Positions 15,985 to 26,459 of a stretch of 43,988 bases of DNA are shown piece by piece. Origin of the DNA: a virus; IMG/VR virus record IMGVR_UViG_3300012944_000032; one strand, written 5' to 3'. The stretch's first letter is position 1. Every line of letters starts with the position of its first letter. A program made the translations under genes and the position numbers. Under the pieces are notes generated by a model, which searched no databases, was not told the origin of the DNA, and saw nothing but the letters and a program-made list of their open reading frames with translations.

Positions 15985-16698
15985 ATGGGGACAACTTCAT
16001 TAACAGCCGCACAAGTAATGGATAGGTCTGCGTCTTTAATGAATGACACAGCCAGAACAACCTATACTTATCAAGCTCAGCTACCATATCTTAATATGGC
16101 ATTTGATGAGTTACAAGAAGCATTTGAACTTAATAACATTCCAATTACGAATCAAACTGCTGCTACTATTGTTGTAAATGTTGGTGTCTTATCAATCAAT
16201 CCAGTGGATGGTCAAGGTGCAGGAGTAGCACCTAACTATCCAACTGATTTGGTTGAAATTCAAGGATTATACGAAAGACTTAGTGGTAGTCAAGACCCAT
16301 TTGTTCCTATGGTTCAAAGGGAATTTCTACCACATGCACTCGATAATCTTCCAACAGAATCACTTCAGTATTGGATTTTCGAGAATCAGCAGATTAAATT
16401 CATTGGTGCTCTCACTATACGAGATGTTAGAATTGATTATATCAAAGCTATCTTCTCTAGTGAAATCAATTCGAGCAGTCTTATTGGAGTTATCAATGCT
16501 AGGAGTTTTCTGTATTATAGAACGGCTGCTCTCTGCAGTCAATTTATTGGTGAAAACAAAACAAGAGCAGATGAATTGAATCAATTTGCTACACTAGCTA
16601 TGGATAGAGTTACAGGAATTGGTGTGAAAGGTAAGCAATCCATTCAGACGAGAAGGCGACCATTCATGGCAGCCTACAAACGTCGTAGCTTCACATAA
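15985..16698 (+). CDS. Putative tail tubular/adaptor protein
   Basis: 237 aa, immediately upstream of a 634-aa ORF, in a podovirus-like order. Called by position only. Confidence 0.4.
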   Translation: MGTTSLTAAQVMDRSASLMNDTARTTYTYQAQLPYLNMAFDELQEAFELNNIPITNQTAATIVVNVGVLSINPVDGQGAGVAPNYPTDLVEIQGLYERLSGSQDPFVPMVQREFLPHALDNLPTESLQYWIFENQQIKFIGALTIRDVRIDYIKAIFSSEINSSSLIGVINARSFLYYRTAALCSQFIGENKTRADELNQFATLAMDRVTGIGVKGKQSIQTRRRPFMAAYKRRSFT

Positions 16699-18602
16699 TG
16701 AGAGACCATGACCCTATCACCATAGAAGAATTTAATGGTTACTTCAATAGAGGTGATCAAGAGACAGTACCGAAAGATCACTTTACTGAAGTTAATAATA
16801 TTAATTATACAGAATCAGCATTCGAAACTAGAGATGGAATTGACCCATTCAATTCTCCTGTAAGTATTGCACCTGATAATGTTCTGAGAATTCATCCATA
16901 TAAGATGCAAACACAACAGTCATTACTTGTATTGACTACTGGCGGTCACATTCATCATATACTATCTTCGACAGTAGTTTTTAATGATATTTTAGTTAAA
17001 CCTTTAATGACAGATTTTAACACTGTAGCTATTGCTGGAAGAGCTTATATCACTCCATTCTTCACTAATGCTAGCGGTCAAGAAGTTGGTCTTCAAAATG
17101 AATTTCTTTATGTATATAAAGGTGATGGAGTAGCCGCTCGCAAGGCCGCAGGTGATGCTCCTACTGGCACGCCACTAATTGCCAACGCAAGTGGTGCTGG
17201 ATTTAGTGATTTAGGATTTAAATTATTTGCAGTAGTATATGAAACTGACACAGGCTATTTAACGGCTCCTGGACCAGAGGTATTTGCTAGCGCAACATCT
17301 ATTGACAATAATTTAGGATTTGACATTACTAATATTCCTGTAGCTCCAGGAACTACTGTAACTGTCAAACATATTGTAGCTACTAAAACAATTAATAATT
17401 ATAATGGGGATCAAACTGGATTTCAGTTCTTTTTTGTCCCTGATTCAGATATGACTAATGCAACTACTACTAAACACATTGATTTCTTCGATATCGATTT
17501 GCTCGATGATGCTAGCCATCTAATCGATAACTTCGCAGACATTCCGGCTGGTGTTGGGCTTAACACGTATCATGGAAGATTAGTTCTTACAACTACATTT
17601 GCTGATATTTCAGTCGCTTACGCTTCAGAACCTGGTGAACCAGAAGCAATTAATCAGGTTGATGGAGTAATGATTGTTACTCTTGATGGTAAGCCGCTAA
17701 CGAATTGTCAAGAATATAGAGATGTTTTATATCTATACAAAGCTACTACTACAGTTGGTTATTCAGATAATCAGGATGTTCCATCTACATGGCAACCATT
17801 CATCGTAGATGAGAGTATTGGTGCTCCTGTTCATGGAATTGGTACTGTATTAGACTCTGGAGGAGTGAATGTTGACTATCTTCTTGTCGCTGATTATAGT
17901 GGCATATTCTTATTTAATGGCGCATACACTAGACCAGAGCTATCATATAAAATTCAAAATTTCTGGTTCGGACTTGATAGAACAACCTTTCGTAAGATAG
18001 AATTAGTTAATGATTCAGTTGCTCAAATATTATATTGTGTATTGCCAACTGGTACAGTTCTCGTTGGTGATTATAATAATGGAAATGATTCACAGAATAT
18101 TAGATGGTCTAAATGGACATTTAATATTTTAATTACATCTATTGATCTTATTGATACAAGCACTCTGCTTCTTGGTGCAAATGCTAATGGAGTTAATCAA
18201 TCTGGTTTATACAAAGTTGTAGTTGATAAGACTAATGACTCACTGTATGATAATGTCAATACCATCTCTAACGTCAAGATTCCTGACCCGCTGATTAAGA
18301 CAGCATATCCACAACTAAGTGCTAACGAAGCAATTCTTCATTTTGCGGCAATTAGAGTAAGGGCTGTAGGAGTTGGTAACTTACTACCAAAGTTTTACTC
18401 ATTGGACAATGTTCTAACAAGTTCATTGGTAGCATTGCCAATGTTGACAGCTAGTGCCAGACATCTCACAAGAACAGCTAATTTTCAGACTGATAGAGCC
18501 GCTCTTGAATTGAAAACTTCTGTGATTAACGAAGTATTCAATATTAACAGGATTGTACTGTATGCTAAGGAAGTATTTATCGATTATCCATCGGTTCAAT
18601 AA
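16698..18602 (+). CDS. Putative tail tubular (nozzle) protein
   Basis: 634 aa, beta-rich. Called by position only. Confidence 0.4.
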   Translation: MRDHDPITIEEFNGYFNRGDQETVPKDHFTEVNNINYTESAFETRDGIDPFNSPVSIAPDNVLRIHPYKMQTQQSLLVLTTGGHIHHILSSTVVFNDILVKPLMTDFNTVAIAGRAYITPFFTNASGQEVGLQNEFLYVYKGDGVAARKAAGDAPTGTPLIANASGAGFSDLGFKLFAVVYETDTGYLTAPGPEVFASATSIDNNLGFDITNIPVAPGTTVTVKHIVATKTINNYNGDQTGFQFFFVPDSDMTNATTTKHIDFFDIDLLDDASHLIDNFADIPAGVGLNTYHGRLVLTTTFADISVAYASEPGEPEAINQVDGVMIVTLDGKPLTNCQEYRDVLYLYKATTTVGYSDNQDVPSTWQPFIVDESIGAPVHGIGTVLDSGGVNVDYLLVADYSGIFLFNGAYTRPELSYKIQNFWFGLDRTTFRKIELVNDSVAQILYCVLPTGTVLVGDYNNGNDSQNIRWSKWTFNILITSIDLIDTSTLLLGANANGVNQSGLYKVVVDKTNDSLYDNVNTISNVKIPDPLIKTAYPQLSANEAILHFAAIRVRAVGVGNLLPKFYSLDNVLTSSLVALPMLTASARHLTRTANFQTDRAALELKTSVINEVFNINRIVLYAKEVFIDYPSVQ

Positions 18603-19024
18603 TGCCGTTCAAACCTCCGGTTGAAAAACCACAATTTGCTGATTTAATTGTTTCGCTAGATAATTCTCGTTCACAAACTAAAGACAATGCCTTTTATCAA
18701 ACAGTTTATTTACTTTTACAGAGACTTACCAAATTTAGAAATCTAGTTATTAATGATATCAATGGTCTAGCAACGGCTTCTGATTCATTTAAAAATGCTA
18801 CCTATTTAACTCAAGATGATGAAACTATTGCATTACCAAATTCTCGTAAAGTAATTAGAACTCTTGGTATTGGATTTGACGATTCTGTTCCAGGCGAAAG
18901 AATTGTAACGCTAACTCATTATTGGACTCCATTAACAGATGGTGATGTTGATCAGACTGATATAATTTATGCTAATGGTGAAGCAATAGCCGTAGAAGTT
19001 CCTATTATTGCTCCATTCCCGTAG
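18602..19024 (+). CDS. Hypothetical structural protein
   Basis: 140-aa ORF, translationally coupled (TAATG). Confidence 0.6.
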   Translation: MPFKPPVEKPQFADLIVSLDNSRSQTKDNAFYQTVYLLLQRLTKFRNLVINDINGLATASDSFKNATYLTQDDETIALPNSRKVIRTLGIGFDDSVPGERIVTLTHYWTPLTDGDVDQTDIIYANGEAIAVEVPIIAPFP

Positions 19025-19032
19025 AGATAACT

Positions 19033-19200
19033 ATGCCACTGAATCCGCCACAAAACTTTCGTAAATATATTTCACTTCATAGGCGTGGTCTAGCCGCTAA
19101 TAGGCCAAACGCAGCTGATGTATTGCCAGGAACATTATATTTTTCTACAGATACTTTAGTTTTAGAACGGTCTAATGGGACCATCTGGGAAAGTTACTAA
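19033..19200 (+). CDS. Free-standing 55-aa copy of the fibre N-terminal module
   Basis: My translation is MPLNPPQNFRKYISLHRRGLAANRPNAADVLPGTLYFSTDTLVLERSNGTIWESY. It aligns with residues about 9-48 of 19554..20321. Confidence 0.55.
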   Translation: MPLNPPQNFRKYISLHRRGLAANRPNAADVLPGTLYFSTDTLVLERSNGTIWESY

Positions 19201-19209
19201 GGAGACAGA

Positions 19210-19554
19210 ATGGCGCGCATACCTAAGAGACTTGTTGGTCCTGCATTAATTGCTACTGGACCAACCACTGTGTATACAGTACCAGCTCTAACCAAGACTA
19301 TTATTAGACAAATTCATATTTCCAATCCATCCGGTGCTGCAGTAACATTTACACTTTCAATTGGTGCTGATGCTGCTGCTACTAGATTGTGGTCTGCATA
19401 CTCTATTCCTGCTGCTGCGGCTGGTGTTACTGACTCAGTACGTGATATTTTCATGTACGAAATCATGGACGCAGCCGAAATTCTCACTCTCTCAGCTGGA
19501 ACCAATAATATTCTTGATATTACCATCTCTGGTGATGAAATCGTTCTAGGTTAA
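19210..19554 (+). CDS. Small beta-rich structural protein
   Basis: SD AAGGAG. Ala/Thr-rich beta pattern. Confidence 0.65.
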   Translation: MARIPKRLVGPALIATGPTTVYTVPALTKTIIRQIHISNPSGAAVTFTLSIGADAAATRLWSAYSIPAAAAGVTDSVRDIFMYEIMDAAEILTLSAGTNNILDITISGDEIVLG

Positions 19555-20321
19555 TGGCTAGCCGTTTACAAGATGTAATACAGCGTGGAACTGCTGCGGC
19601 TAGACCATTAGCTACGGCAGTTGCACCTGGAACTCTGTATTATTCAACTGATACAGCCACCACAGATAGGTCTGATGGAACTAATTGGCAAACATTTGCT
19701 GATAGCTCTGGTGGTGGAGGTGGTGGTGCTAGTGGAAGAGGAATACCTGGAATAGATGGTCTTGATGGCCAAGATGGTATTGATGGTTTTCCCGGTACTA
19801 TTGGTCCTGTAGGTAATAGAGGTCCAACAGGCAATCAAGGACCACCAGGACAAACATCTCCATTTGTTATTGAACAAGAAGAATATATTTATGAACCTCC
19901 AATACCAACCCCAGGAATAATTGGCCCAGCAGGACCATCTGGCTCAATTACTACTGCACAAAAAACTAGACAGATTGGGTTAACTGTAGATGGTGGTGGT
20001 TCAGTTATTACTACAGGACAAAAAGGATATAAATCATTTCCTGTAGCTGGAACTATTACAGGAGTTAGATTACTAGCTGACCAAAGTGGTTCTACTGTTA
20101 TTGATGTATGGAAAGATACATTTGCTAATTATCCTCCGACAGTAGCAGATACTATTACTGCGTCGGCAAAACCAACGCTATCAACTCAAGACCATTCAGA
20201 AGATGTAATTCTTTCAGGTTGGACTACAGCGGTGGCGGCTGGTGATGTATTTGGATTCAATGTCAATTCAGCATCTACGATTACTCGTGTTACACTTGAG
20301 TTAACGATTGTAGTGACATAA
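19554..20321 (+). CDS. Collagen-like tail fibre protein
   Basis: Gly6 run, then G-X-Y repeats GIPGIDGLDGQDGIDGFPGTIGPVGNRGPTGNQGPPG. Conserved fibre N-terminal motif PGTLYYSTDT...DGTNW. Confidence 0.75.
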   Translation: MASRLQDVIQRGTAAARPLATAVAPGTLYYSTDTATTDRSDGTNWQTFADSSGGGGGGASGRGIPGIDGLDGQDGIDGFPGTIGPVGNRGPTGNQGPPGQTSPFVIEQEEYIYEPPIPTPGIIGPAGPSGSITTAQKTRQIGLTVDGGGSVITTGQKGYKSFPVAGTITGVRLLADQSGSTVIDVWKDTFANYPPTVADTITASAKPTLSTQDHSEDVILSGWTTAVAAGDVFGFNVNSASTITRVTLELTIVVT

Positions 20322-20983
20322 TGGCTATTACATTTGTAGATGCAAATTCTTTTTTTAATTCATCATCTACTACGAGCAATGTTTTTTCTGCGTTGAATGT
20401 AACAACTGGTGATACAATTGTTGTAGGATCTCGAACTGGTCTTCCATCTAGTTATATAACTTCAGTTACAGATACAGCTGGAAATGTATATAGGCAAGCC
20501 TTTAATCAACTTGGTAATGTTCCGACCGAAGTGTGGTATTGTACTAATTGTACAGGTAATGCTTCAAATGTCGTTACCATGAACTATTCTAATAGTACAG
20601 GTAATGCTTCTGGTGCCATAGCTCAATTTAGAGGTCTTGCTATCATTAGTCCAATTGATGTTCAGGTAGGCAAAACTAATCTTTCTTCTTTTACTATTAC
20701 ATCTCCTTCGTTCTCAACTGCTGTAGCTAATTCAGTATTAATTGGTTATGCAATGATAAATGATACTAACGGAATTTGGACTGTTGATACAGGTTGGACA
20801 CAAGCTACTGTAGATGCTACTGACGTTAATATTATTCAATATAAAATTGTTAGCGCCTTACAATCTGGAGTTACCACTACTATGACTAATACTAAAAATA
20901 CTGATAAAACTTTTATTGTCATCTCATTACATGAAACCATCTCTAGTGGTGGTGGTGGTTCTGGTGGAGCATTCGTCTTCTAA
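20321..20983 (+). CDS. Tail fibre / receptor-binding candidate, Asn/Ser/Thr-rich
   Basis: Follows the collagen-like fibre. Internal repeat TGNAS...TGNAS. Gly-rich C-terminus SSGGGGSGGAFVF. Confidence 0.55.
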   Translation: MAITFVDANSFFNSSSTTSNVFSALNVTTGDTIVVGSRTGLPSSYITSVTDTAGNVYRQAFNQLGNVPTEVWYCTNCTGNASNVVTMNYSNSTGNASGAIAQFRGLAIISPIDVQVGKTNLSSFTITSPSFSTAVANSVLIGYAMINDTNGIWTVDTGWTQATVDATDVNIIQYKIVSALQSGVTTTMTNTKNTDKTFIVISLHETISSGGGGSGGAFVF

Positions 20984-21363
20984 TGAATATACGTCCATTA
21001 GAACCTAAAGATATTGAAGCTATAAAACGTATTCATGGTCATTATTTCATTAACGATTTTGCATTCCCAGATTTCTTTAATAAATTTTTATGCAGATTTG
21101 TTATAGAAGGGGATGACAGGGTTATTTGCGCTGCCGGAGTTAGAACTATAGCTGAATCAATCATGATTACTGACCAAGATATTACAGCAAGAGAAAAGCG
21201 AGATATTCTCTTGCAGGCTTTAGATATATCTACATATATGGCTAACCAGCACGACTTCACTCAGTTACATGCCTTTGTCCAGGGTGATATATGGAACAGT
21301 ATACTTCGTAAGGTTGGATTTAGGAATTGCAAAGGCAATGCCTTAGTCATTGACTGTAGGTAG
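20983..21363 (+). CDS. GNAT-like (acetyltransferase-fold) small protein, degenerate
   Basis: IRPLEPKDIEAIKRI opening and a C-terminal LRKVGF. The canonical R/QxxGxG/A CoA loop is not evident. Confidence 0.4.
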   Translation: MNIRPLEPKDIEAIKRIHGHYFINDFAFPDFFNKFLCRFVIEGDDRVICAAGVRTIAESIMITDQDITAREKRDILLQALDISTYMANQHDFTQLHAFVQGDIWNSILRKVGFRNCKGNALVIDCR

Positions 21364-21366
21364 AAC

Positions 21367-22350
21367 ATGTCAAAGGGTGATGATCAGAGAGTTCAAGCTG
21401 GAATCAATCAGCAAAATCAAACACAGCAGGCTAACGCTGCTGCTCAAACTCAAAGAACTAACCAGGCTAATGATATTTTTTATGGCACTCCTGGTCAGCA
21501 ATCTACTTTAAGTAGCACTCAAGCTCCTTCTGGTGGAATGAATCAAGGTGGTCAGCAAGCTACTGGTGAAGAACCAGCATATGATCCTAAAGACCCAAAA
21601 TCAGTTGATGCATATATTGCTTATATGCAGCAACAGCCTGGGGTTAATCCATCAGTAAAGAATGACCCCGGTTACTGGCGTCAAAAGATGCTAGCAGATA
21701 CCAATGCTGGTGGACTTGGACCCGATGCTAATTATGTAAAAGGTAAAATGATGACACCAGAAGGGGCTCCTGCCGGTTCTGGTGGATTTGGTAGAGCTGG
21801 AACTGGAGCTAGCGGAGGCGTAGCAGGTCAAGCCGTCTCTGATTATGGCAATATTGCTGGTAGATACAGTGATTTTGCTGATACTGGTGGATTTAGTCCT
21901 AATGATTTGAATCAGATTCGCGCTCGTGCTTTGTCTCCGCAACGAGCTATTTATGCTAATGCTCAAAGTGGACTTAATAGACAAAGAGCTTTACAAGGTG
22001 GTTATTCTCCAGGATTTTCTACTGCCACTGCTAGAATGGCTAGAGAGCGAAGTCAAGGCATGTCAGATGCTACTACTGGTGCAGAATCAAATATTGCTTC
22101 GATGGTTCAGCAAGGTAAACTAGCTGGATTAGGTGGAATGACTAGCGCTTATGGTGCTACTCCTGGACTAGCCAATATGTTTGGTCAGCAAGCATTAGAG
22201 CAAGGTCAACAGCAAATTGGACAGCAGGGTTCTGCTGGAAATATTAATACACAACAGCTTGATTTGGCTAATGCTGGTCGTGGTGGTGCAATGAGAACTA
22301 TTGGTGGTATTGCTAAAGTTGGCGCTGGCTTAGCTACAGCAGGAATCTAA
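21367..22350 (+). CDS. Gln/Gly/Ala-rich putative internal virion protein
   Basis: Low-complexity Q/G/A/N composition. First of three consecutive large ORFs. Confidence 0.45.
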   Translation: MSKGDDQRVQAGINQQNQTQQANAAAQTQRTNQANDIFYGTPGQQSTLSSTQAPSGGMNQGGQQATGEEPAYDPKDPKSVDAYIAYMQQQPGVNPSVKNDPGYWRQKMLADTNAGGLGPDANYVKGKMMTPEGAPAGSGGFGRAGTGASGGVAGQAVSDYGNIAGRYSDFADTGGFSPNDLNQIRARALSPQRAIYANAQSGLNRQRALQGGYSPGFSTATARMARERSQGMSDATTGAESNIASMVQQGKLAGLGGMTSAYGATPGLANMFGQQALEQGQQQIGQQGSAGNINTQQLDLANAGRGGAMRTIGGIAKVGAGLATAGI

Positions 22351-23601
22351 ATGCCACTACCAGACTACTTCCGAATGAAAAATATTTTTGGCGATGATAG
22401 TAATATGCCTGGAATGGGCTTAGATTATAAGAATCCTAATCAACCACAAAATTATTTCACCACTGGCGGAGGCTATTCTCTTGGTCAAAATCCTCCTACT
22501 GATGATGTTCCTAATAGCCTTAGTAATACTAGTGCTAATGATGACGTTATATCTCCTCCACAGAATAGTGGGGGATATACTCCACAGACTAGAGATACAG
22601 AAGCACTTAGGGTCTTAATGAATCAATATCCTGATAGAGAAAAATATAAGCCTGGAATTTTGCGCAGGATTGGAGCTGGTTTTATTGGATTCGATCAAGG
22701 TGCTCAAGCTGGTGATAAATATCTAAATGATCCATATAATATGGCCATAACTGATTGGAAAAATAGAATTGCACCTGCTGAACAAGCCGCTAATTTAGAG
22801 AGATATGGCAATGCTAACATGCGGCAAAGCCAGTATCAAGGTGCTAGAACTGATATTGCTGGCAGAGAAGTAACTAGGAAGACTGAACAAGGAAATCGTA
22901 GACTAGACCAGGGTGATGTTAAATCTGACCAGGCTCAGCAGAAGATTGACCAGGCTGAAGAAAGAATTCAGCTTAATCAAGATAAACTTGATCATCTAAA
23001 ATCTCGACAAGACCTTACTGACTCTGAGAAGATAACGCTTGCTAATAAATATAAACAGGAACAGGCTGATGCAAAAGCTGAAGCTGACCTTACTAAACAA
23101 ACATTAATCGGAACTCAAAAGACTGGACAAATCACTGCTAAAGGTGAAGTAGATAAAGATATTCAAACTTTAAGAGGAACACAAGCTGAATCTCTCGCTG
23201 GTACAAAGGGAGCGGAAGCTAGAGCTACTAAAGCTATTGTACCTGGAAGTGCTGGCTCTACTAGTCAACTACCATCTCAAAAGAAAGTATCAGTACAGAA
23301 TAAAGCTGCTCAAGGTATTAGGGAGAATCCATCTTGGGCTAACTATATGAAAACCGATGCTAATGGACAAGTATCTATTCAGCCCCCAGGTAGATTCTCT
23401 GGACCAGACCAAAAGACTTATGATGCTATGGTTAATTATATCGAAAGCGGTTCAAATGTTATTGATTTGGGAAAACGCGGCAGTTCTCCTGGAGGTTCTG
23501 GTCCTGTTGGTAAAGTTAGAGTCCAAGCTCCTGATGGAAAGACTGGCACTTGGGACTATAGTAAAGGACCATTACCAACTGGATTTACGGTAGTTAAATA
23601 A
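22351..23601 (+). CDS. Putative internal virion protein with a central coiled coil
   Basis: DQAQQKIDQAEERIQLNQDKLDHLKSRQD. Called by position. Confidence 0.45.
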   Translation: MPLPDYFRMKNIFGDDSNMPGMGLDYKNPNQPQNYFTTGGGYSLGQNPPTDDVPNSLSNTSANDDVISPPQNSGGYTPQTRDTEALRVLMNQYPDREKYKPGILRRIGAGFIGFDQGAQAGDKYLNDPYNMAITDWKNRIAPAEQAANLERYGNANMRQSQYQGARTDIAGREVTRKTEQGNRRLDQGDVKSDQAQQKIDQAEERIQLNQDKLDHLKSRQDLTDSEKITLANKYKQEQADAKAEADLTKQTLIGTQKTGQITAKGEVDKDIQTLRGTQAESLAGTKGAEARATKAIVPGSAGSTSQLPSQKKVSVQNKAAQGIRENPSWANYMKTDANGQVSIQPPGRFSGPDQKTYDAMVNYIESGSNVIDLGKRGSSPGGSGPVGKVRVQAPDGKTGTWDYSKGPLPTGFTVVK

Positions 23602-26456
23602 TGGCTTATCCTCCTGGTTTCACACCTGATTACGATACATCTGGCTTTGAACCTGATGAGCCAGATAAGCCTATAAGTCGTAAAGTTACATCTGGTCCAC
23701 CAGATACTAATTTAGCTGAGACTACAACTAGATTACCATCCCAGTCGGTTAATAAGTTTGTTACAACTCCGACTAGTAAGATATTGAAGCCGGCCAGTTC
23801 AAATTTTATTTCAAGTGCTTATCATGCTGCTAATGACCCATTACTTAATAAACTTAAGATTAACGATACACAAATATTTGACCCTAGAGCCGCTGCCGAC
23901 TATTATGACCCAGCAGGTGCTAACAAGGAAAATCAAGCTAGAATTCCGTCATGGGTTCCATATATCGGTGGAGGTACATGGAGATCATTAGGAGCTGGAA
24001 CACTTGAAGGTGCTGGTAATGCTGTTAGTGGTCTTTCAACACCACTTAACTTAGCTACTATGGGTGCCTTCAAAGGTGCTAGTGCTTTAGGAGATATTGC
24101 ACCAGCAGCTGCTAGAGGATTGAAATTAGCTGGTGAAGCTATGTCTGCACCTGTTGCTGCTCATGGTGCATATCAAGCTGCTACAGCACCAACTCTTGGT
24201 GAAAAGGCATTCGGGGCTGCTGAAATGGCTGGCGGAGCGGCTGGTATGATGGGTGGCATGAGGTCATCTGTTAAGCCTAATCTATCACCAGAAATACAAC
24301 CAAATCTAGGAGAACTAACTGCACAACGTATTAACGAACTTAGAATGAAGGCTGACCAAGTAGTTAAATCTGGTCCTGAACCCCTAATGAAGCCTGAAGA
24401 AATTCCAGCTGCTAAAGCTAGATATAATGAATTACTTAATAAGGCTACTAGTGGTCAAATTTCTCATCCTGAACTTATCGAAGGTCAACAGTTAGATAAG
24501 CATTTAAGGGAAGTTAACTTTGGTGAGACTGGACAGCCTGGTAGTACAGAACAACAGCGACAGCAACCTAAATTACCAGAACAAGGTGTTCAACCAGAAG
24601 TCATACCACAAACTGAATCATCATTAGAAACTGGTGGAACAGAGCCTGTACCATTCAATAGAAGAAAGAACGTAACTGATTACGAAGCTAAAATTGATGA
24701 ATTAATTAGCAGCTTACCACCTGAAATGCAACAGTCATTCAATGTAGATTCATTACAGGGACTTGATAAAACTCCTAATGCTTCTAGTCAAACAGCTGCT
24801 AGCGCTGAAGCTCTATCACGCCAACAAGGCATGAGGAAACGTAGTGAACAGTATGTTGTATTTGATAGAGCTGGCAATAAGAGAGTTCTAGTTGGACCCG
24901 AAGCCGTTGACTACCAGCCATCTAAAGGTGAAACCTATGCTATTGAGACACCAAGAGGATTTGTCAAATTAACTGACAATGGTGGCAATATTGTAGGTAA
25001 AGTAGTTAAAGGTCGTAAAACTGAATATCCTGGATATAAGGGAACGACTGAAGAACCGTCAACTTCTAATGACGTAAGCACTTCAACCATTCCTAAACAA
25101 GCGGCTGGATTTGGTTCTGTTCCTGCTTCTGAGACTGTTCCTGAAACACAAACTGATGGAAATGGAGGAAATGAAATACCTCCTGGTGGAACTCCCGGTG
25201 GTGTATTTGGTAGCAATCAACAACTAAGTCAACCAATGATGCCAATGAGTCCACCTCAATTAAAAACTAAGCCATCTATGCCACCAGGCATACCAACAGC
25301 AACAAAAGATGGAATTATCAGAAACATTCTAGGTGCTAACAAAGCTATTCTAACATCATGGGATTTGTCTGCACCTGGTAGACAAGGTAAGGCATTCATT
25401 CTTAACAAGTCATGGTGGAATTCACTAGATGATATGGTTAAAGCATGGGGCTCTAAAGACGCAGCTCATATGATTGACCAGTCTATTATAGATCATCCAT
25501 CTGGCTATTTCAAACCAGATTCGAATGGTAAGTCATTTGCTGATAAGGTTGGACTTGATATTGCTCCACATGAGGAAATGTTCAATACTACTGTTGGTAA
25601 AACTATTGGCAAACTCGGATTAGTCGAACGCTCAAGCCGTGCTCATACAGCATTTCTGAATAAGCTAAGGTCTGATCAGTTTGTAGCATTTATGGATGCT
25701 GCTAAAGCTACTGGTCAAAATCCAGAGACTAACTTAGTTCAAGCTAAAGCATTTGCAGACTTTATAAATGACGCTACTGGTCGTGGTAGTCTAAACTTTG
25801 GTAAATATAAATTAGAGAAGAATGCTAATGCATTAAACGATTTATTCTTTGCTCCAAGGAATATGTCTGGCCAAATTAGAACTTGGAATAGGGTATTGAA
25901 TCCGTATGAATACTACAAAGCTGACCCAATACTCAGAAAACAAGCATTAAAATCTTTGTTTGCTATTGCTGGTACAGGAGTGGCTGCTGGAGAGATGGCT
26001 AAGCTAGTTCCTGGTGTTCAGGTAAGTAATGACCCAACCAGTGCTGACTTTAGAAAGATAAAGATTGGTGATACCAGAATTGATTTTTTTGGCGGCTATC
26101 AGCAACTTCCAGTAGCCGCTATGAAATTACTAACTGGAACATCTGCGTCTACTACATCTGGTAAGGTTACCGATTTAACTGGCAATAGATTTGGTCAGCA
26201 AACAAGAGCATCTGTAGCAGAACGATTCTTCACTAATAGACTTGCTCCACTCCCATCGTTTGTATGGGCTTGGATGAATAATAGAGAATTTGATGGCAAA
26301 CCATTTGAGGTTAAAAAAGCTCTATTTGAAAGGGTTTTTCCAATTGCTATGAAAGATATTTATGATATGGCCCAGACAGACCCAGTTCTAGCCGCTGTCA
26401 TGGCTGCACCTACAACACTTGGATTGTCCAACACTCAAACTTACACTGGGAGATGA
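23601..26456 (+). CDS. Large (951 aa) putative internal virion / DNA-ejection protein
   Basis: Largest ORF in the genome. Low-complexity N-terminal half and a globular C-terminal half. Called by position. Confidence 0.45.
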   Translation: MAYPPGFTPDYDTSGFEPDEPDKPISRKVTSGPPDTNLAETTTRLPSQSVNKFVTTPTSKILKPASSNFISSAYHAANDPLLNKLKINDTQIFDPRAAADYYDPAGANKENQARIPSWVPYIGGGTWRSLGAGTLEGAGNAVSGLSTPLNLATMGAFKGASALGDIAPAAARGLKLAGEAMSAPVAAHGAYQAATAPTLGEKAFGAAEMAGGAAGMMGGMRSSVKPNLSPEIQPNLGELTAQRINELRMKADQVVKSGPEPLMKPEEIPAAKARYNELLNKATSGQISHPELIEGQQLDKHLREVNFGETGQPGSTEQQRQQPKLPEQGVQPEVIPQTESSLETGGTEPVPFNRRKNVTDYEAKIDELISSLPPEMQQSFNVDSLQGLDKTPNASSQTAASAEALSRQQGMRKRSEQYVVFDRAGNKRVLVGPEAVDYQPSKGETYAIETPRGFVKLTDNGGNIVGKVVKGRKTEYPGYKGTTEEPSTSNDVSTSTIPKQAAGFGSVPASETVPETQTDGNGGNEIPPGGTPGGVFGSNQQLSQPMMPMSPPQLKTKPSMPPGIPTATKDGIIRNILGANKAILTSWDLSAPGRQGKAFILNKSWWNSLDDMVKAWGSKDAAHMIDQSIIDHPSGYFKPDSNGKSFADKVGLDIAPHEEMFNTTVGKTIGKLGLVERSSRAHTAFLNKLRSDQFVAFMDAAKATGQNPETNLVQAKAFADFINDATGRGSLNFGKYKLEKNANALNDLFFAPRNMSGQIRTWNRVLNPYEYYKADPILRKQALKSLFAIAGTGVAAGEMAKLVPGVQVSNDPTSADFRKIKIGDTRIDFFGGYQQLPVAAMKLLTGTSASTTSGKVTDLTGNRFGQQTRASVAERFFTNRLAPLPSFVWAWMNNREFDGKPFEVKKALFERVFPIAMKDIYDMAQTDPVLAAVMAAPTTLGLSNTQTYTGR

Positions 26457-26459
26457 CTA

